A stretch of 64,000 nt of DNA from Candidatus Omnitrophota bacterium (GCA_026387335.1 JAPLLX010000006.1:44949-108948); one strand, 5' to 3'; shown: positions 36,993 through 47,054, numbered from the stretch's first letter. Numbers and translations are program-made. Notes: a model not told the origin generated them from the sequence alone.

Positions 36993-38031
36993 TGAGCACC
37001 TCGCATCCTTTCTTAGTCACCAAAACCATATCTTCTATTCTGATCCCAAACCTACCCGGCAGATATATAGCCGGCTCCACCGTAAAAACCATACCCGGGA
37101 TCAAAATACCGTCATTTTTCGCCGATACACTCGGCGCTTCATGCGTCTCCAGGCCTATTCCGTGGCCTAAACTATGCCCGAAGTATTTCGCGTAACCTTT
37201 GTCCGCGATATACTTACGCGCCACCCCATCAATCCGGGCGATCTCTGCGCCAGGTTTAATCCTACTTATCGCCCTGCCTTGCGCTTTAAGGACTATATTG
37301 TAAATCCGACGGGTAAGACTGTTTATTTTATCTAAAAAGTAAACCCTTGTCAAGTCAGATTTGTACCCACAATAGTCGACCCCGATATCAACTAATACCG
37401 GCTCGTTCTTTTGCGCCTTTCTTTGGCCCGGCCGATGATGGGGAAAGGCCGAATTAGGCCCTGAAGCGACAATAATATCAAATGCCGCCCCGATTGCCCC
37501 GTGATAACGGATAAATCGTTCTAATTCCGCGGCAATTTCCAGTTCTTTTAAACCCGGCCTAAGAAAACCCTTTATGAATTCCAGGGCCAAACCTGTAATC
37601 CTAAGCGCTTCCCTTATTTTATCTAGTTCCTTGGGCTCTTTAATCAGCCTTAAGGTTTCAATTAAATTATGGGTGGGGATCAGATACGCCCTGGACTTAA
37701 AACTCTCTTTAATCTTCTTATACTCGGCATAGGGCATATGCCTTTCTTCAAAACCAATCCTCTTTAAATCTAAGTCCAGGGAGGTTTTGGCAATAAGCTC
37801 AAATACTGAAGCCTCGATCCTCTTTAGGCTTACGGATTTAAGTTTTGGCTTTACCTCTTCAGTATATCTGGAATCGGTAAAGTAAATCCTTTCTTTTTTT
37901 GCTACTAAGAGATACGCCTCAGAAGAGTTAAATCCGGTAAGGTAAGCTATGTTCGCGGGAGTGGAAACAATTAAGCCGTCCAGATTTTCTTTTACCAGCC
38001 TGTTTAATAAATTTCGTAGGCGCGCTTTCAT
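36973..38031 (-). CDS. Xaa-Pro aminopeptidase (M24)
   Basis: TDSRY, SDLTR, HSLGHGIG, EP.IY, RIED. Confidence 0.93.
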   Translation of the reverse strand: MKARLRNLLNRLVKENLDGLIVSTPANIAYLTGFNSSEAYLLVAKKERIYFTDSRYTEEVKPKLKSVSLKRIEASVFELIAKTSLDLDLKRIGFEERHMPYAEYKKIKESFKSRAYLIPTHNLIETLRLIKEPKELDKIREALRITGLALEFIKGFLRPGLKELEIAAELERFIRYHGAIGAAFDIIVASGPNSAFPHHRPGQRKAQKNEPVLVDIGVDYCGYKSDLTRVYFLDKINSLTRRIYNIVLKAQGRAISRIKPGAEIARIDGVARKYIADKGYAKYFGHSLGHGIGLETHEAPSVSAKNDGILIPGMVFTVEPAIYLPGRFGIRIEDMVLVTKKGCEVLSGFIHK

Positions 38032-38474
38032 TATGCATTCAGTAAATCCAAAAGGGCCTCAAGCCCTAAGGTATAGCTTTTATAGCCAAAACCCATAATT
38101 GTGCCTTGGACTACGGGGCTGATGAGGGATTTATGCCGGAATTCTTCACGGGAATAAATATTAGAGATATGCACTTCTATTGTCAATACGCCCGAGGCGG
38201 CTAACGCGTCCCTTATGGCTACACTAGTATGGGTGTAGGCCGCCGGATTAATTAAAATCGCGTTAAATTTGAGCCTGGCTTGGCCAATCAAATCCACAAT
38301 CTCTCCCTCATGGTTAGATTGCTTAATCATCAGGGATACTTTATTCTTTTTAGCGATTTTCTTTAGTTCCTTATTAATGGCCTCCAAAGTCACTTTGCCG
38401 TAGACCTTAGGCTCTCTTTGGCCTAACAGATTCAGGTTCGGGCCGTGAATGACTAAAATTTTTTTCATTCTCAT
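38031..38474 (-). CDS. aroQ: Type II 3-dehydroquinate dehydratase
   Basis: [33 protein letters not shown]. Confidence 0.96.
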   Translation of the reverse strand: MRMKKILVIHGPNLNLLGQREPKVYGKVTLEAINKELKKIAKKNKVSLMIKQSNHEGEIVDLIGQARLKFNAILINPAAYTHTSVAIRDALAASGVLTIEVHISNIYSREEFRHKSLISPVVQGTIMGFGYKSYTLGLEALLDLLNA

Positions 38475-38623
38475 TCCGCCTCATCAATAAGCATTACCGG
38501 GATACCGTCTTTTACCGGATATTTCTTCCCGCATTTTTTACAGACAATCCTGCTCTTCTTGAATTCCACGTCGCCTTTACAGGCGGGGCAAGCTAAGATA
38601 TCCAACAGTTCCTTATCCATCAT
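38471..38623 (-). CDS. Trm112 family protein
   Basis: [19 protein letters not shown]...[23 protein letters not shown]; missed by the ORF track. Confidence 0.9.
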   Translation of the reverse strand: MMDKELLDILACPACKGDVEFKKSRIVCKKCGKKYPVKDGIPVMLIDEAE

Positions 38624-38919
38624 TTAATTTCTCCTTGGCCAGGGATAGTTTTATTTTTAGAAAGATAGAACGTCCTTAATTCATAGAGGAAATTTTCCAG
38701 CAGGCTGGCTTCCGCGTCGGTTAAATTCCCTTTAGTCTTTTCCTGAAGCATACCCAGCGTATCAATAATTAATTTTGCCTGCGGCAAATCTTCCTCGGTC
38801 TTTTGGGTAACCGGATTGGGAATCTGGCCCAGAAATATCGTGGCCTGCAGGCAGAGTGTAGAAATAAAAAACTTAAAATCAGGAATAGGAGGAGTAAATT
38901 CTTTTTTATTTTCGTCCAT
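38620..38919 (-). CDS. DUF1844 protein
   Basis: F..FI..L...A...LG...NP......DL..AK..ID.L..L.EKTKGNL. Confidence 0.85.
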   Translation of the reverse strand: MDENKKEFTPPIPDFKFFISTLCLQATIFLGQIPNPVTQKTEEDLPQAKLIIDTLGMLQEKTKGNLTDAEASLLENFLYELRTFYLSKNKTIPGQGEIK

Positions 38920-38920
38920 A

Positions 38921-39742
38921 TTATTCTAGGATTATACCGGCATATCCTACCACCGAGCTTCTATCTCCTGTCGCCTCCGAGCTTGTCTGGTAATTAGCCA
39001 AGCGGGCGGTTTTAGCGCCTAAGGCCCGGGCCGCGCTGAGCATGACTATAACCGGCGCGTAACCACACATGGAAATATTATATTGTCCTATTACTTCCAA
39101 CAATTTATCCGGGTCAAGCTCTAGTATAGCATCTATCGCGATTTTATCTTTTGTCTCTGCCTTTTCCTGCGGCTCATAATGCGTCATATCTGAACTGGCT
39201 AAAAGCAGGACTTTATCCTCTAGGCTGTTCTTTTTTATGACCCGGGAGATGTCTTCCCCTATTTTCTTAAGAACAGTTAAATCATCCGACATAAACGCTA
39301 TCGGCACGATCTCAAAGCTTTTCTTGAAATACTGCAATAGCGGCAGCTGAACTTCTAAAGAATGCTCTTGAGCGTGGGCTAGAAAATCGTTTTTTAGGTA
39401 CCCGCAAGACCCTAAGATATTTTTGGCTAATTGAGCGTCAATATTTACTTGGCCCAACGGCGTAACCCAAGAACCCTCAGCCATTATGCTGTAGGCTTCG
39501 CCAAAACCGGTATGATTCGGGCCTAAGAGGATTACCTTATCTCTTATATTTATTCCAGCCAGTGTCTGAGCGGCAACCTTGCCTGAATATTTATATCCTG
39601 CGTGAGGAAGCATGCAGGCGATAGCGTTAACCTTAGAACTCTTGGAATCCAGGAAACCGTTGATGACTTTTTTTATATCCGCGGCTGACGCGGGATAAAA
39701 CTGCCCCGCCACTATAGCCTGGCGCGTTTTAGATAAGCCCAT
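38921..39742 (-). CDS. AmmeMemoRadiSam system protein B (MEMO1 family)
   Basis: VAGQFYP, PHAGY.YSG, GPNH, EHSLEVQLP, SSDMTHY, MCG. Confidence 0.92.
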   Translation of the reverse strand: MGLSKTRQAIVAGQFYPASAADIKKVINGFLDSKSSKVNAIACMLPHAGYKYSGKVAAQTLAGINIRDKVILLGPNHTGFGEAYSIMAEGSWVTPLGQVNIDAQLAKNILGSCGYLKNDFLAHAQEHSLEVQLPLLQYFKKSFEIVPIAFMSDDLTVLKKIGEDISRVIKKNSLEDKVLLLASSDMTHYEPQEKAETKDKIAIDAILELDPDKLLEVIGQYNISMCGYAPVIVMLSAARALGAKTARLANYQTSSEATGDRSSVVGYAGIILE

Positions 39743-40652
39743 CAAATATTCTTTCCAGAAGCTCTTTGCTATTTTTAATATCTTTGGCTGTAGCCGGTTG
39801 ATGCGCTTCAATAACTTTTAAGGTCTCTTTTTTCAGGTAAGGCTTAAGCATGGAAAAATCCAGATCTCCGCTGGCCGGCGCCTGATGATCCCGGCAACCT
39901 ATTACATTATGTATATGCGCGCCGATCATTGCCTTACCGTATAATTCCAGATAGTCTTGTTGAGCGTAAAAACCTAAATTCTCCATCACCCGGGCGTGGC
40001 CTGTATCATGCCAATAAAAAATTCGGGAAGATTTGAATTCTCCTAAGATTACGCCTAACTCTTCTAAGTTGGGAATTTCGCGGTAATAAAACCTGTTTTC
40101 TACGCCTAGATATACGGATTTCTCCGCGGCGTATTTATTTAACTCTTCCAGGCTGCTCAGGGTATAATCAAGAAACGGGGTGGCGATACTGGCCCTATCC
40201 CTGAGGAACTCCTGTTTAACCAAGCGGTAACTTTCTGTATCTTTTAGCCCCCGGTCATAAAGATCAATGAGTTTCCTGGTCTGATCCTCCATTTCCACCC
40301 TACCGCAGTGTAAAATAACCACTTGGGCTCCCAAGAGGCTGGCTGTATCTATAGTCCTCTTGGTATATTTTAAGGCCTGGGCTCTTTCTTCCTTATCAAA
40401 AGAAGATATTGAATAACAATCAGGCAGGGCGTCTTTACGCTGGAACTCATCTGGTATGGGGCAGAAATTATGCACGCTCCTGACTTTAAGTTTGAGCTTT
40501 TCCTTTAACGCGGCTATCTCGGATACCATTAAAGGAGTAAGGTTAAAACTCAACTCTAAATCCGTAAAGCCGAGCTTGCTTATCTCAAAGAGCATATCTC
40601 TTGCTTTAGCGTAACGCAAGGCGTTCCAAGAAGTTGAAAGGGCAAGAGGCAT
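39729..40652 (-). CDS. Sugar phosphate isomerase/epimerase TIM-barrel protein
   Basis: SVHNFCP, ILHCG, GVENR, WHDTGH, DHQAP. Confidence 0.8.
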   Translation of the reverse strand: MPLALSTSWNALRYAKARDMLFEISKLGFTDLELSFNLTPLMVSEIAALKEKLKLKVRSVHNFCPIPDEFQRKDALPDCYSISSFDKEERAQALKYTKRTIDTASLLGAQVVILHCGRVEMEDQTRKLIDLYDRGLKDTESYRLVKQEFLRDRASIATPFLDYTLSSLEELNKYAAEKSVYLGVENRFYYREIPNLEELGVILGEFKSSRIFYWHDTGHARVMENLGFYAQQDYLELYGKAMIGAHIHNVIGCRDHQAPASGDLDFSMLKPYLKKETLKVIEAHQPATAKDIKNSKELLERIFDGLI

Positions 40653-40654
40653 TG

Positions 40655-40819
40655 TTATTTTCTTCTCTCTTTGGCTTTCTTTCTCTTGCGCTCGCTGGGC
40701 TTCTCGTAATGTTTGCGATCCCGGACTTCTCTGAGGATACCTTCCTGCTCTATCTTCTTCTTAAAACGGCGCAAGGCTGACTCAAAAGACTCGTCTTTCT
40801 TAACTTCGACTTCTGACAA
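40655..40819 (-). CDS. rpsU: 30S ribosomal protein S21
   Basis: (TTG)[47 protein letters not shown]; SD GAAAGGAG; missed by the ORF track. Confidence 0.95.
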   Translation of the reverse strand: MSEVEVKKDESFESALRRFKKKIEQEGILREVRDRKHYEKPSERKRKKAKERRK

Positions 40820-40876
40820 TATAATCATCTCCTTTCATTTAGAAATATTGGGCTAAAATCTTCAATATTTGGTTTT

Positions 40877-40905
40877 AATATACCACTCTTTACAGGGAGT
40901 GTCAA
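40877..40905 (-). promoter_or_regulatory. Sigma70 promoter for the rpsU-led run
   Basis: TTGACA-17 nt-TATATT with TG extension. Confidence 0.75.
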
Positions 40906-40920
40906 CAGCTTGTATATCCT

Positions 40921-41091
40921 ATTAGCGTCTGCCTTGTCTTGTTTCTCGCAGGGCCGCACGATTTTCCCCAGCGTGGAAAATCGTGCTCGGCTACTCGGCT
41001 GCGCTCTCGCTAATTCTTGGATAGCGGGCGAACCCTGCCCGCTCCGCCTGCGTTACGCCCTGCTCCGAAACAAACCAAGTCATCCGCTAAT
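40921..41091. repeat. Long imperfect inverted-repeat element 1
   Basis: ATTAGCG/CGCTAAT, TTGTTTC/GAAACAA and GCAGGGC/GCCCTGC outer stems; inner GCACGATTTTCC/GGAAAATCGTGC. Confidence 0.7.
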
Positions 41092-41101
41092 GTAATCTAT
41101 A

Positions 41102-41288
41102 GATATTTTGCTTGAGGGTATTGTTAAGCGTGCAATTAGAAATTTTTCGGCAAATGTGTGCAAGGCTTTACGGCGAGTGTAGGCAATACCCTTTAGCGTG
41201 AGGAACCTTGCGCTGCCGGAGCGAGCCGTAAACCGTAGCACACGGCGAAAAATTTCGCACGCGAACAATACCCGAAGAGCGAGATATC
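41102..41288. repeat. Long imperfect inverted-repeat element 2
   Basis: GGGTATTGTT/AACAATACCC, GCGTGC/GCACGC, GAAATTTTTCG/CGAAAAATTTC, GTGTGC/GCACAC, TTTACGGC/GCCGTAAA. Confidence 0.75.
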
Positions 41289-41324
41289 AATAATTATGTA
41301 GAAAAAGATAGCTAACGAATCGGG

Positions 41325-42020
41325 TTATTCGACTTCAAAAGAGATTACTACGTTGAAGGAGAGCTGGGAATAGTCCAGTTCTTTGGGGAATTTCGGGAAG
41401 GGAGAGGCGTTTTTCACGCTGGCTAAAGCAACATCTTTAAGATAAGGCGCGCCTTGAGACTTTTCCTCCACTAACCGCACATCTTTAAGATATCCGGCGC
41501 TTGAGATTATAAAAGTAATATATACCTCTCCGGTATCGTTGCGGTTATAATTTTGATAGGCTGCCCGGCGGATTTTTTCGCGCACAATCTGATAATAGCT
41601 TATATAAGAAGGATTTCCGATTTTACCCATATCCACCGCCGGCAGGGTTATCTTCTTCTTTATCGCGATTATATCCGGCTTAATTAAGGCCGGCCGCTCA
41701 AGGATGAATTCTTTACGGGCGGCCTGCATATTGGATTTAGAGATAGCCTCCCTCTCTACAAAAGGCGGAGGATTCCTCTTCTCCATGTTAAGCTTAGAAG
41801 ACAAATCTAACAACGGTTCCCTTTTTGGTGGACTGGCCTTTTTTAGGCCCTTATTTAATTCCGGCTTTTCAGTTTTCGGCTGCTTAATATAATTGATTTC
41901 AATCTTGCGGTTCTCCTGCGCAGAAGAAAAAAACAGGTAACCCGAATTTTGGGCCACTATAACAGCGTGGACCGTAAAAGAGGCCAGAAAAGCAATTTGA
42001 AAACTGCGGTTGGATAACAT
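41325..42020 (-). CDS. TonB family energy transducer
   Basis: N-terminal S..VH TM helix; C-terminal GEVYITFII...ASPFP.FP. Confidence 0.82.
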   Translation of the reverse strand: MLSNRSFQIAFLASFTVHAVIVAQNSGYLFFSSAQENRKIEINYIKQPKTEKPELNKGLKKASPPKREPLLDLSSKLNMEKRNPPPFVEREAISKSNMQAARKEFILERPALIKPDIIAIKKKITLPAVDMGKIGNPSYISYYQIVREKIRRAAYQNYNRNDTGEVYITFIISSAGYLKDVRLVEEKSQGAPYLKDVALASVKNASPFPKFPKELDYSQLSFNVVISFEVE

Positions 42021-42070
42021 ATATTTATATTAACATAAAATTATATTTTTTTAAAGCCTTACTGCATTGC

Positions 42071-43897
42071 CTAGAATTCTGCTTTAAGGCCGCCAGTAAA
42101 AGAAAAACCCGGCATGGGATAACCATCCTGAATCTGATATTTACGATTTAGAAGATTATCTATATAGCCAAAACAAGTTATACCCGACTTAAATTTCTTG
42201 GATGCACTAAGCCCAAAAATATAAAAACTTTTTACCTTGATGTCATTACCAGCATCACCATATCTTATACCTGTAAATTGGCCTTTTAATTCAATAGTCA
42301 ACCCATTATGATCATTATATTTCAAACCAGCATCAATCTTATTCTCCGGTTGATAAAGAAGATATTTATGTGTTTGGGTATCCTTAGCGATTAAAAATGA
42401 ATAATCTAGCCCTAGTTCAAGGTTACCAGTAATAAATATTTTATTCTCGAATTCCAACCCTTGAATTACCGCGGATGCTACATTTGTCGGCCGCCATACA
42501 TTATTGCTATCTGGAGACCATTGGATAAGCTGTTTGTAATCACTATAAAAATAATTTAGCTTCGAAGTAAGGTACTGATTTATCTTTGCCTCAACGCCAA
42601 CTTCTTCACTTAGGCCTTTTTCTGGATTAAGGTTAGGATTCCCATCTGCCTCATAACCAGGATACGCCACATGAGGATAATACAAATCATTAAAAGTAGG
42701 CGCGCGGAATGAACGAGCAACTAAGGCATGAATCTTTACACTCTCATTAAATTTGTAAAGCATGCTTAAACTGGGATCTGTTGCTAAGCCGAAATTAGAA
42801 TAATCATCAATACGGCAGCTAAGATTGATATTCATTTTTTTATCAAATAAATCTAGGATATTCTCCAGGTATCCGGCGTTAACATTATATTTATGCTTTC
42901 CGCTAGTAGTACTATCGTTTAGGTTCCCTACATAATTAAATCCAAACACAACCTTATATATATCCCACAACTGCTCATCCAACTGTAAATTAAAACCTCT
43001 TACCGTAGTAGCCTCATTAATTTGAGTATAAGTGGTTGCCAGTCGGTCGTAATTCTGATAAGCCCTAGCAGATAACTCGGTTTTTACATCCGGTTTAAAA
43101 TTCCAGCTAAAATCAAAGAATCTTTTTAGTGTATTTTGTTTATCGCCAACATCAAGTGCGGTTATTGATCCCGGAAGACCTGATTTACTTTTATAAAAGC
43201 CGGAATTAAACTTTAAATTGTTTTCGTTATTGAGTTCATACCCTAATTTTAAATTACAATCTTCGGTATTAAGTTCGGAATTCGGGCGGAAACCTGCGGA
43301 ACTCTCATATCCTCCGCTAATCAGAAAATCAAATTTTGAAACATTTACTCCGTAAAGCATGCGCTCAATATAAGTTCGAGCAGTACCAAAACTTGAATAT
43401 AGTTCTGCCTTTTGACCTTTTTTAGGGGGATCCTTAGTAATAATATTCACCACCCCTCCCATTGCCGAGCTACCGTACAAGCTTGAACCGGGTCCATGCA
43501 TAACCTCAACCTGAGATATATTATCTAAAGGCATACTAGATAAATCCACTACGCCATCTCTTGGGTTATTGATTGGCCGGCCATCCATTAAAACTAAGAC
43601 TTGAGCGGAAGTAGAGCCGCGCATCCTGATGTTTTTATTGGTGCCCGGCCCGCCATAGTTGCTTATATCAACGGAAGTAAGCTCAGTTAAGGCATCGGCT
43701 AAATTTTGCGCTCCACCTCTTTCCATTTCTTTGGAGGTAACTACATCTACTGTGCGACCGATATCTCCAACGGATTCTTCTATTCTTGAAGGAGTGACTA
43801 CGATTTTATCTAACTCAACATCTTCTGCGCGGGCTGTGCCTGACAGGATTATTACCAATAACGCGGGGATGAACGATTTTCTACAAACATTTTTCAT
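42071..43897 (-). CDS. btuB: TonB-dependent cobalamin receptor
   Basis: Signal peptide, IVVTPSR, MRG...VLMDG, IE.G.GSSLYG plug motifs, FRAP, C-terminal F; downstream of a B12 riboswitch. Confidence 0.85.
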   Translation of the reverse strand: MKNVCRKSFIPALLVIILSGTARAEDVELDKIVVTPSRIEESVGDIGRTVDVVTSKEMERGGAQNLADALTELTSVDISNYGGPGTNKNIRMRGSTSAQVLVLMDGRPINNPRDGVVDLSSMPLDNISQVEVMHGPGSSLYGSSAMGGVVNIITKDPPKKGQKAELYSSFGTARTYIERMLYGVNVSKFDFLISGGYESSAGFRPNSELNTEDCNLKLGYELNNENNLKFNSGFYKSKSGLPGSITALDVGDKQNTLKRFFDFSWNFKPDVKTELSARAYQNYDRLATTYTQINEATTVRGFNLQLDEQLWDIYKVVFGFNYVGNLNDSTTSGKHKYNVNAGYLENILDLFDKKMNINLSCRIDDYSNFGLATDPSLSMLYKFNESVKIHALVARSFRAPTFNDLYYPHVAYPGYEADGNPNLNPEKGLSEEVGVEAKINQYLTSKLNYFYSDYKQLIQWSPDSNNVWRPTNVASAVIQGLEFENKIFITGNLELGLDYSFLIAKDTQTHKYLLYQPENKIDAGLKYNDHNGLTIELKGQFTGIRYGDAGNDIKVKSFYIFGLSASKKFKSGITCFGYIDNLLNRKYQIQDGYPMPGFSFTGGLKAEF

Positions 43898-43945
43898 TAT
43901 AAATTCCTTTCCTCTTCTCCGAAAGTACTTTCCCTGATAAATGAT

Positions 43946-44030
43946 CGTCCGGGCTTTCACTATAAGAAATTTTAGTGTTTACCGTTGCGGGACAGCGCCT
44001 GGGCTCTCACCAGGACTTCCTCCATTTATC
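43946..44030 (-). promoter_or_regulatory. Cobalamin riboswitch, short (class II-like)
   Basis: GATAAATG-GAGGAAGTCCTGGTGAGAGCCCAGGCGCTGTCCCGCAACGGT...AAGCCCGGA-CATTTATC. Confidence 0.8.
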
Positions 44031-44054
44031 CGGTTTTGTATCCTTAAAGAAGCT

Positions 44055-44729
44055 TTAAGAGTATTCTTGAATATCTAAGAACCAGTGTTTCCAGAAACTT
44101 TCTTTGATTATCGGTTCAGCCTTTAATATTTTAATCGGTTTTCTGAATATCGGCCCATCAACCACCAAAGTATGGAATTCTCCTTTCTCCCCACAGGGAC
44201 AAATTCCCTTTTTCTTTAACTCCTCAACTAATTCTTTATCAATATAGCGGCCAAGAAATTCTTTACCCATTATATCCGCCTTACAACTGACAATGATTGC
44301 CTTAAATCCTGCCTTTATAAACTCATCAACAATGCTCTCCGGGTCATTATTCCAAAGCGGCTCTATGGCGTTAATATTCAAATCGCCGCAGACCCGCTCG
44401 ATCCAGCTTTCATGTTCTAGAAGATAGATGTCACCAAAAACCATAGAGCCGATATCCTTACCCCTTAATTCAGTAACAGCAGCCTTAAATTCTTCTTCAT
44501 ATTTCTGCATATCCGGACTGACTTCTTTCTGCGTAAGAGGCACTCCGATTAAATCCGCCTGGAACTTTAACAATCTTCCTTCAATTCCATGAAAGCAACC
44601 CCGTTTTGACTCCCTTGAAATAAAGTTTAAAAGCAATTTTACATCAAAACCCTGCTTGATTGCCCTATAATAAGCCAAACAGCTGTCTTTGCCTCCACTC
44701 CACGATGATATTGCTTTTTGATTATCCAT
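44055..44729 (-). CDS. DUF71/COG2102 PP-loop ATPase (diphthine-ammonia ligase family)
   Basis: SWSGGKDS, VFGDI, PLW, PCGEKGEFHT.V.DGP. Confidence 0.9.
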   Translation of the reverse strand: MDNQKAISSWSGGKDSCLAYYRAIKQGFDVKLLLNFISRESKRGCFHGIEGRLLKFQADLIGVPLTQKEVSPDMQKYEEEFKAAVTELRGKDIGSMVFGDIYLLEHESWIERVCGDLNINAIEPLWNNDPESIVDEFIKAGFKAIIVSCKADIMGKEFLGRYIDKELVEELKKKGICPCGEKGEFHTLVVDGPIFRKPIKILKAEPIIKESFWKHWFLDIQEYS

Positions 44730-45471
44730 ATATCACCCCCCTTGTAATACAAACAATTAATAAAGTAATAACTTCGGTTAATTCGATTGTCGCTCCTAAC
44801 GTATCTCCGGTTATTCCACCGATTTTTCTACTGGCAAATCTGCCGAATAGATAAACAAAACCGGCTATAATTAATAACGCGATTAACCCTTTAATCTGCC
44901 AAATCGCAAATGAAAATACTAAAACCGATATTAATGCCAGTACAAAAATCCCCGGTGTCCTGCCTTGCATAAAAATCTTAGCCTTACCTTCCCTGCGGGC
45001 ATAAGGGAATAAAAATATAGCCGCTACCACTGACCAGCGGCTTAAAAGGCACATAAGAAGTAACGCGGTTATCTTTAATGGCGCCTGTAGCGCAGCAAGT
45101 AAACCGATTTTTAACAAGATAACGCTGATAACGCTTAAAACCCCCATTACCCCGATGTGCGGGTCGCGCATAATTGCCAGCATTTCATCTTTAGGTTTAT
45201 TGCTTAAGAAAGCATCCGCTGTATCGGAAAGCCCGTCCAGATGCATACCCCCGGTAAGAGCGATCAAGGCAACTACCAAGATTACGTTCGATGTAAAAGA
45301 AGGAAAATTCAGAATTGATATAATATAATTTATTCCCAAAAGAACCAACCCGATAAGCAACCCAACAAGCGGAAAATACGCTGCGGCTTTAGCTATCTTT
45401 TTCTCACCTGCATCTTTAATTTTAAGCGGTATAAGAGTCAGGAATTGAACTGCTAATAGGAAACTACTCAT
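44722..45471 (-). CDS. cobS: Adenosylcobinamide-GDP ribazoletransferase
   Basis: FLT.IP, TGGMHLDGL.DT.D, MRDP.IG, GGITGD.LGA. Confidence 0.95.
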   Translation of the reverse strand: MSSFLLAVQFLTLIPLKIKDAGEKKIAKAAAYFPLVGLLIGLVLLGINYIISILNFPSFTSNVILVVALIALTGGMHLDGLSDTADAFLSNKPKDEMLAIMRDPHIGVMGVLSVISVILLKIGLLAALQAPLKITALLLMCLLSRWSVVAAIFLFPYARREGKAKIFMQGRTPGIFVLALISVLVFSFAIWQIKGLIALLIIAGFVYLFGRFASRKIGGITGDTLGATIELTEVITLLIVCITRGVIYG

Positions 45472-46526
45472 TTATTCTTCTCCGAAACATTGGCGCTCTT
45501 AAAAGTAGCCATCTGGGTCAGGATCTTTATCGCGGCATCAGCTAATCCTATACCCAAAGCCCCGCCTGTGCCTTCGCCAAGCCTTAAATCCAGATCCAAG
45601 AGCGGTTTCAACCCTAAATAATTTAAAATTATCTTATGCCCGCTCTCTACAGAACAATGCGCCGAAATCATATAATCTTTTACCTTGGGCTCTAAGTTAT
45701 AAGCGACCAACGCCGCAGATCCCGAGATAAATCCATCAATAACCACAGGAACTTTTTTAGAAGCGGCAGCCAGGATTATCCCGGCTAATCCGCTTATCTC
45801 AAAACCGCCAACTTTAGCTAAAACATCAATAGGATCAGAAGAATCAGGCTGGTTTAAGGATAACGCTTTCTTAATAATATCTATTTTATTTTTAAGGCCC
45901 TTATCGTCAAGGCCGGCGCCCCGGCCGGTTATTTCTTCAACCGGTTTCTTAGTAAAACAGAAAGTTATAGCGCTGGCAGCGGTGGTATTACCAATGCCCA
46001 TCTCCCCTATCCCTACGATATCAATCCCTTTCCTGTATTCATTCTCAAATATTTCTATACCCGTTTCAATCGCTTTTATTGCCTCTTCTCTGGTCATTGC
46101 CGCGCCCTTAGCCATATTCTTTGTTCCATAATTAATTTTCTTAACCACCAGTCTGGGATCAGGCTCTAAATCGACACAAACACCCATATCCACAACCACT
46201 ACTCTTGCTCCAACGTGAGCGGCTAAAACATTTATTCCCGCGCCGCCCCTTAAAAAATTATAGACCATTTGAGCGGTAACTTCTTTAGGATAGGCGCTTA
46301 CCCCTTCATCAGTAACTCCGTGGTCGCTAGCTAAGGTAAAAATTACTTTATTCTTCAGTTGCGGATTTTCTTTTGCCGTTATACCGCATATTTGCTTAGC
46401 TAATTCCTCTAACCTGCCTAAACTTCCCAAAGGCTTAGTTAAATTATCCAACCTACTTTGAGCCTCCCGCATAATAACGGTATCTAGACCGGAAATATTC
46501 CTGATTACCTCATTTATCTTCTCCAC
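45468..46526 (-). CDS. cobT: Nicotinate-nucleotide-DMB phosphoribosyltransferase
   Basis: TKPLGSLG.LE, DHGV, GEMGIGNTT, RLGEGTG. Confidence 0.96.
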   Translation of the reverse strand: MEKINEVIRNISGLDTVIMREAQSRLDNLTKPLGSLGRLEELAKQICGITAKENPQLKNKVIFTLASDHGVTDEGVSAYPKEVTAQMVYNFLRGGAGINVLAAHVGARVVVVDMGVCVDLEPDPRLVVKKINYGTKNMAKGAAMTREEAIKAIETGIEIFENEYRKGIDIVGIGEMGIGNTTAASAITFCFTKKPVEEITGRGAGLDDKGLKNKIDIIKKALSLNQPDSSDPIDVLAKVGGFEISGLAGIILAAASKKVPVVIDGFISGSAALVAYNLEPKVKDYMISAHCSVESGHKIILNYLGLKPLLDLDLRLGEGTGGALGIGLADAAIKILTQMATFKSANVSEKNK

Positions 46527-47051
46527 TTATTTTTCTCCTTTTATTTTCAGCGGTAGGCCCGAAATAGTAAAATAAACTTCCCCGGCTTCTTTGGCTATCG
46601 TTTGATTGACCCTTCCGGCAATATCGCGGAAGGCTCTTCCCAATTTATTATCCGGCACAATCCCTAAACCTACTTCATTAGAAACCAAAATTACCTTGGC
46701 TTTCTTTTTCTTTAAAACAACTACCAAATCTTCAATCTTTTTAAGGATTTGCTCCTGGCTCTTCCCGGACAAAATAAGATTGGAGACCAAAAGAGTCAAA
46801 CAATCAATGATTATGCAGTCGAATGAATCGCCGATTTTTGTCATTAAATCCGCTAATTCTTTCGGCTCTTCAAAAGTTTTCCAGTTCTTCGGCCGGGATG
46901 CCTGATGCTTCAAGATACGTTCTCGCATTTCTTTATCCAAACCCTGGCCAGTAGCAATAAAAGCCACTTTCTTCTTCCCTTTTGCCAAACTTAAAGCCTG
47001 CGCGCTCTTTCCGCTCCTTGCTCCCCCTAAAATTAAAATTATCTTATTCAT
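46527..47051 (-). CDS. cobU: Adenosylcobinamide kinase/guanylyltransferase
   Basis: GGARSGKS, RI..H, DCLT, VSNEVG.GIVP. Confidence 0.95.
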   Translation of the reverse strand: MNKIILILGGARSGKSAQALSLAKGKKKVAFIATGQGLDKEMRERILKHQASRPKNWKTFEEPKELADLMTKIGDSFDCIIIDCLTLLVSNLILSGKSQEQILKKIEDLVVVLKKKKAKVILVSNEVGLGIVPDNKLGRAFRDIAGRVNQTIAKEAGEVYFTISGLPLKIKGEK

Positions 47052-47054
47052 AAC

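Noticed and set aside
40910-41268. Two ~60-aa ORFs in the tonB-rpsU gap
   Set aside because: They coincide with the foldback elements and have no SD or protein-like features.
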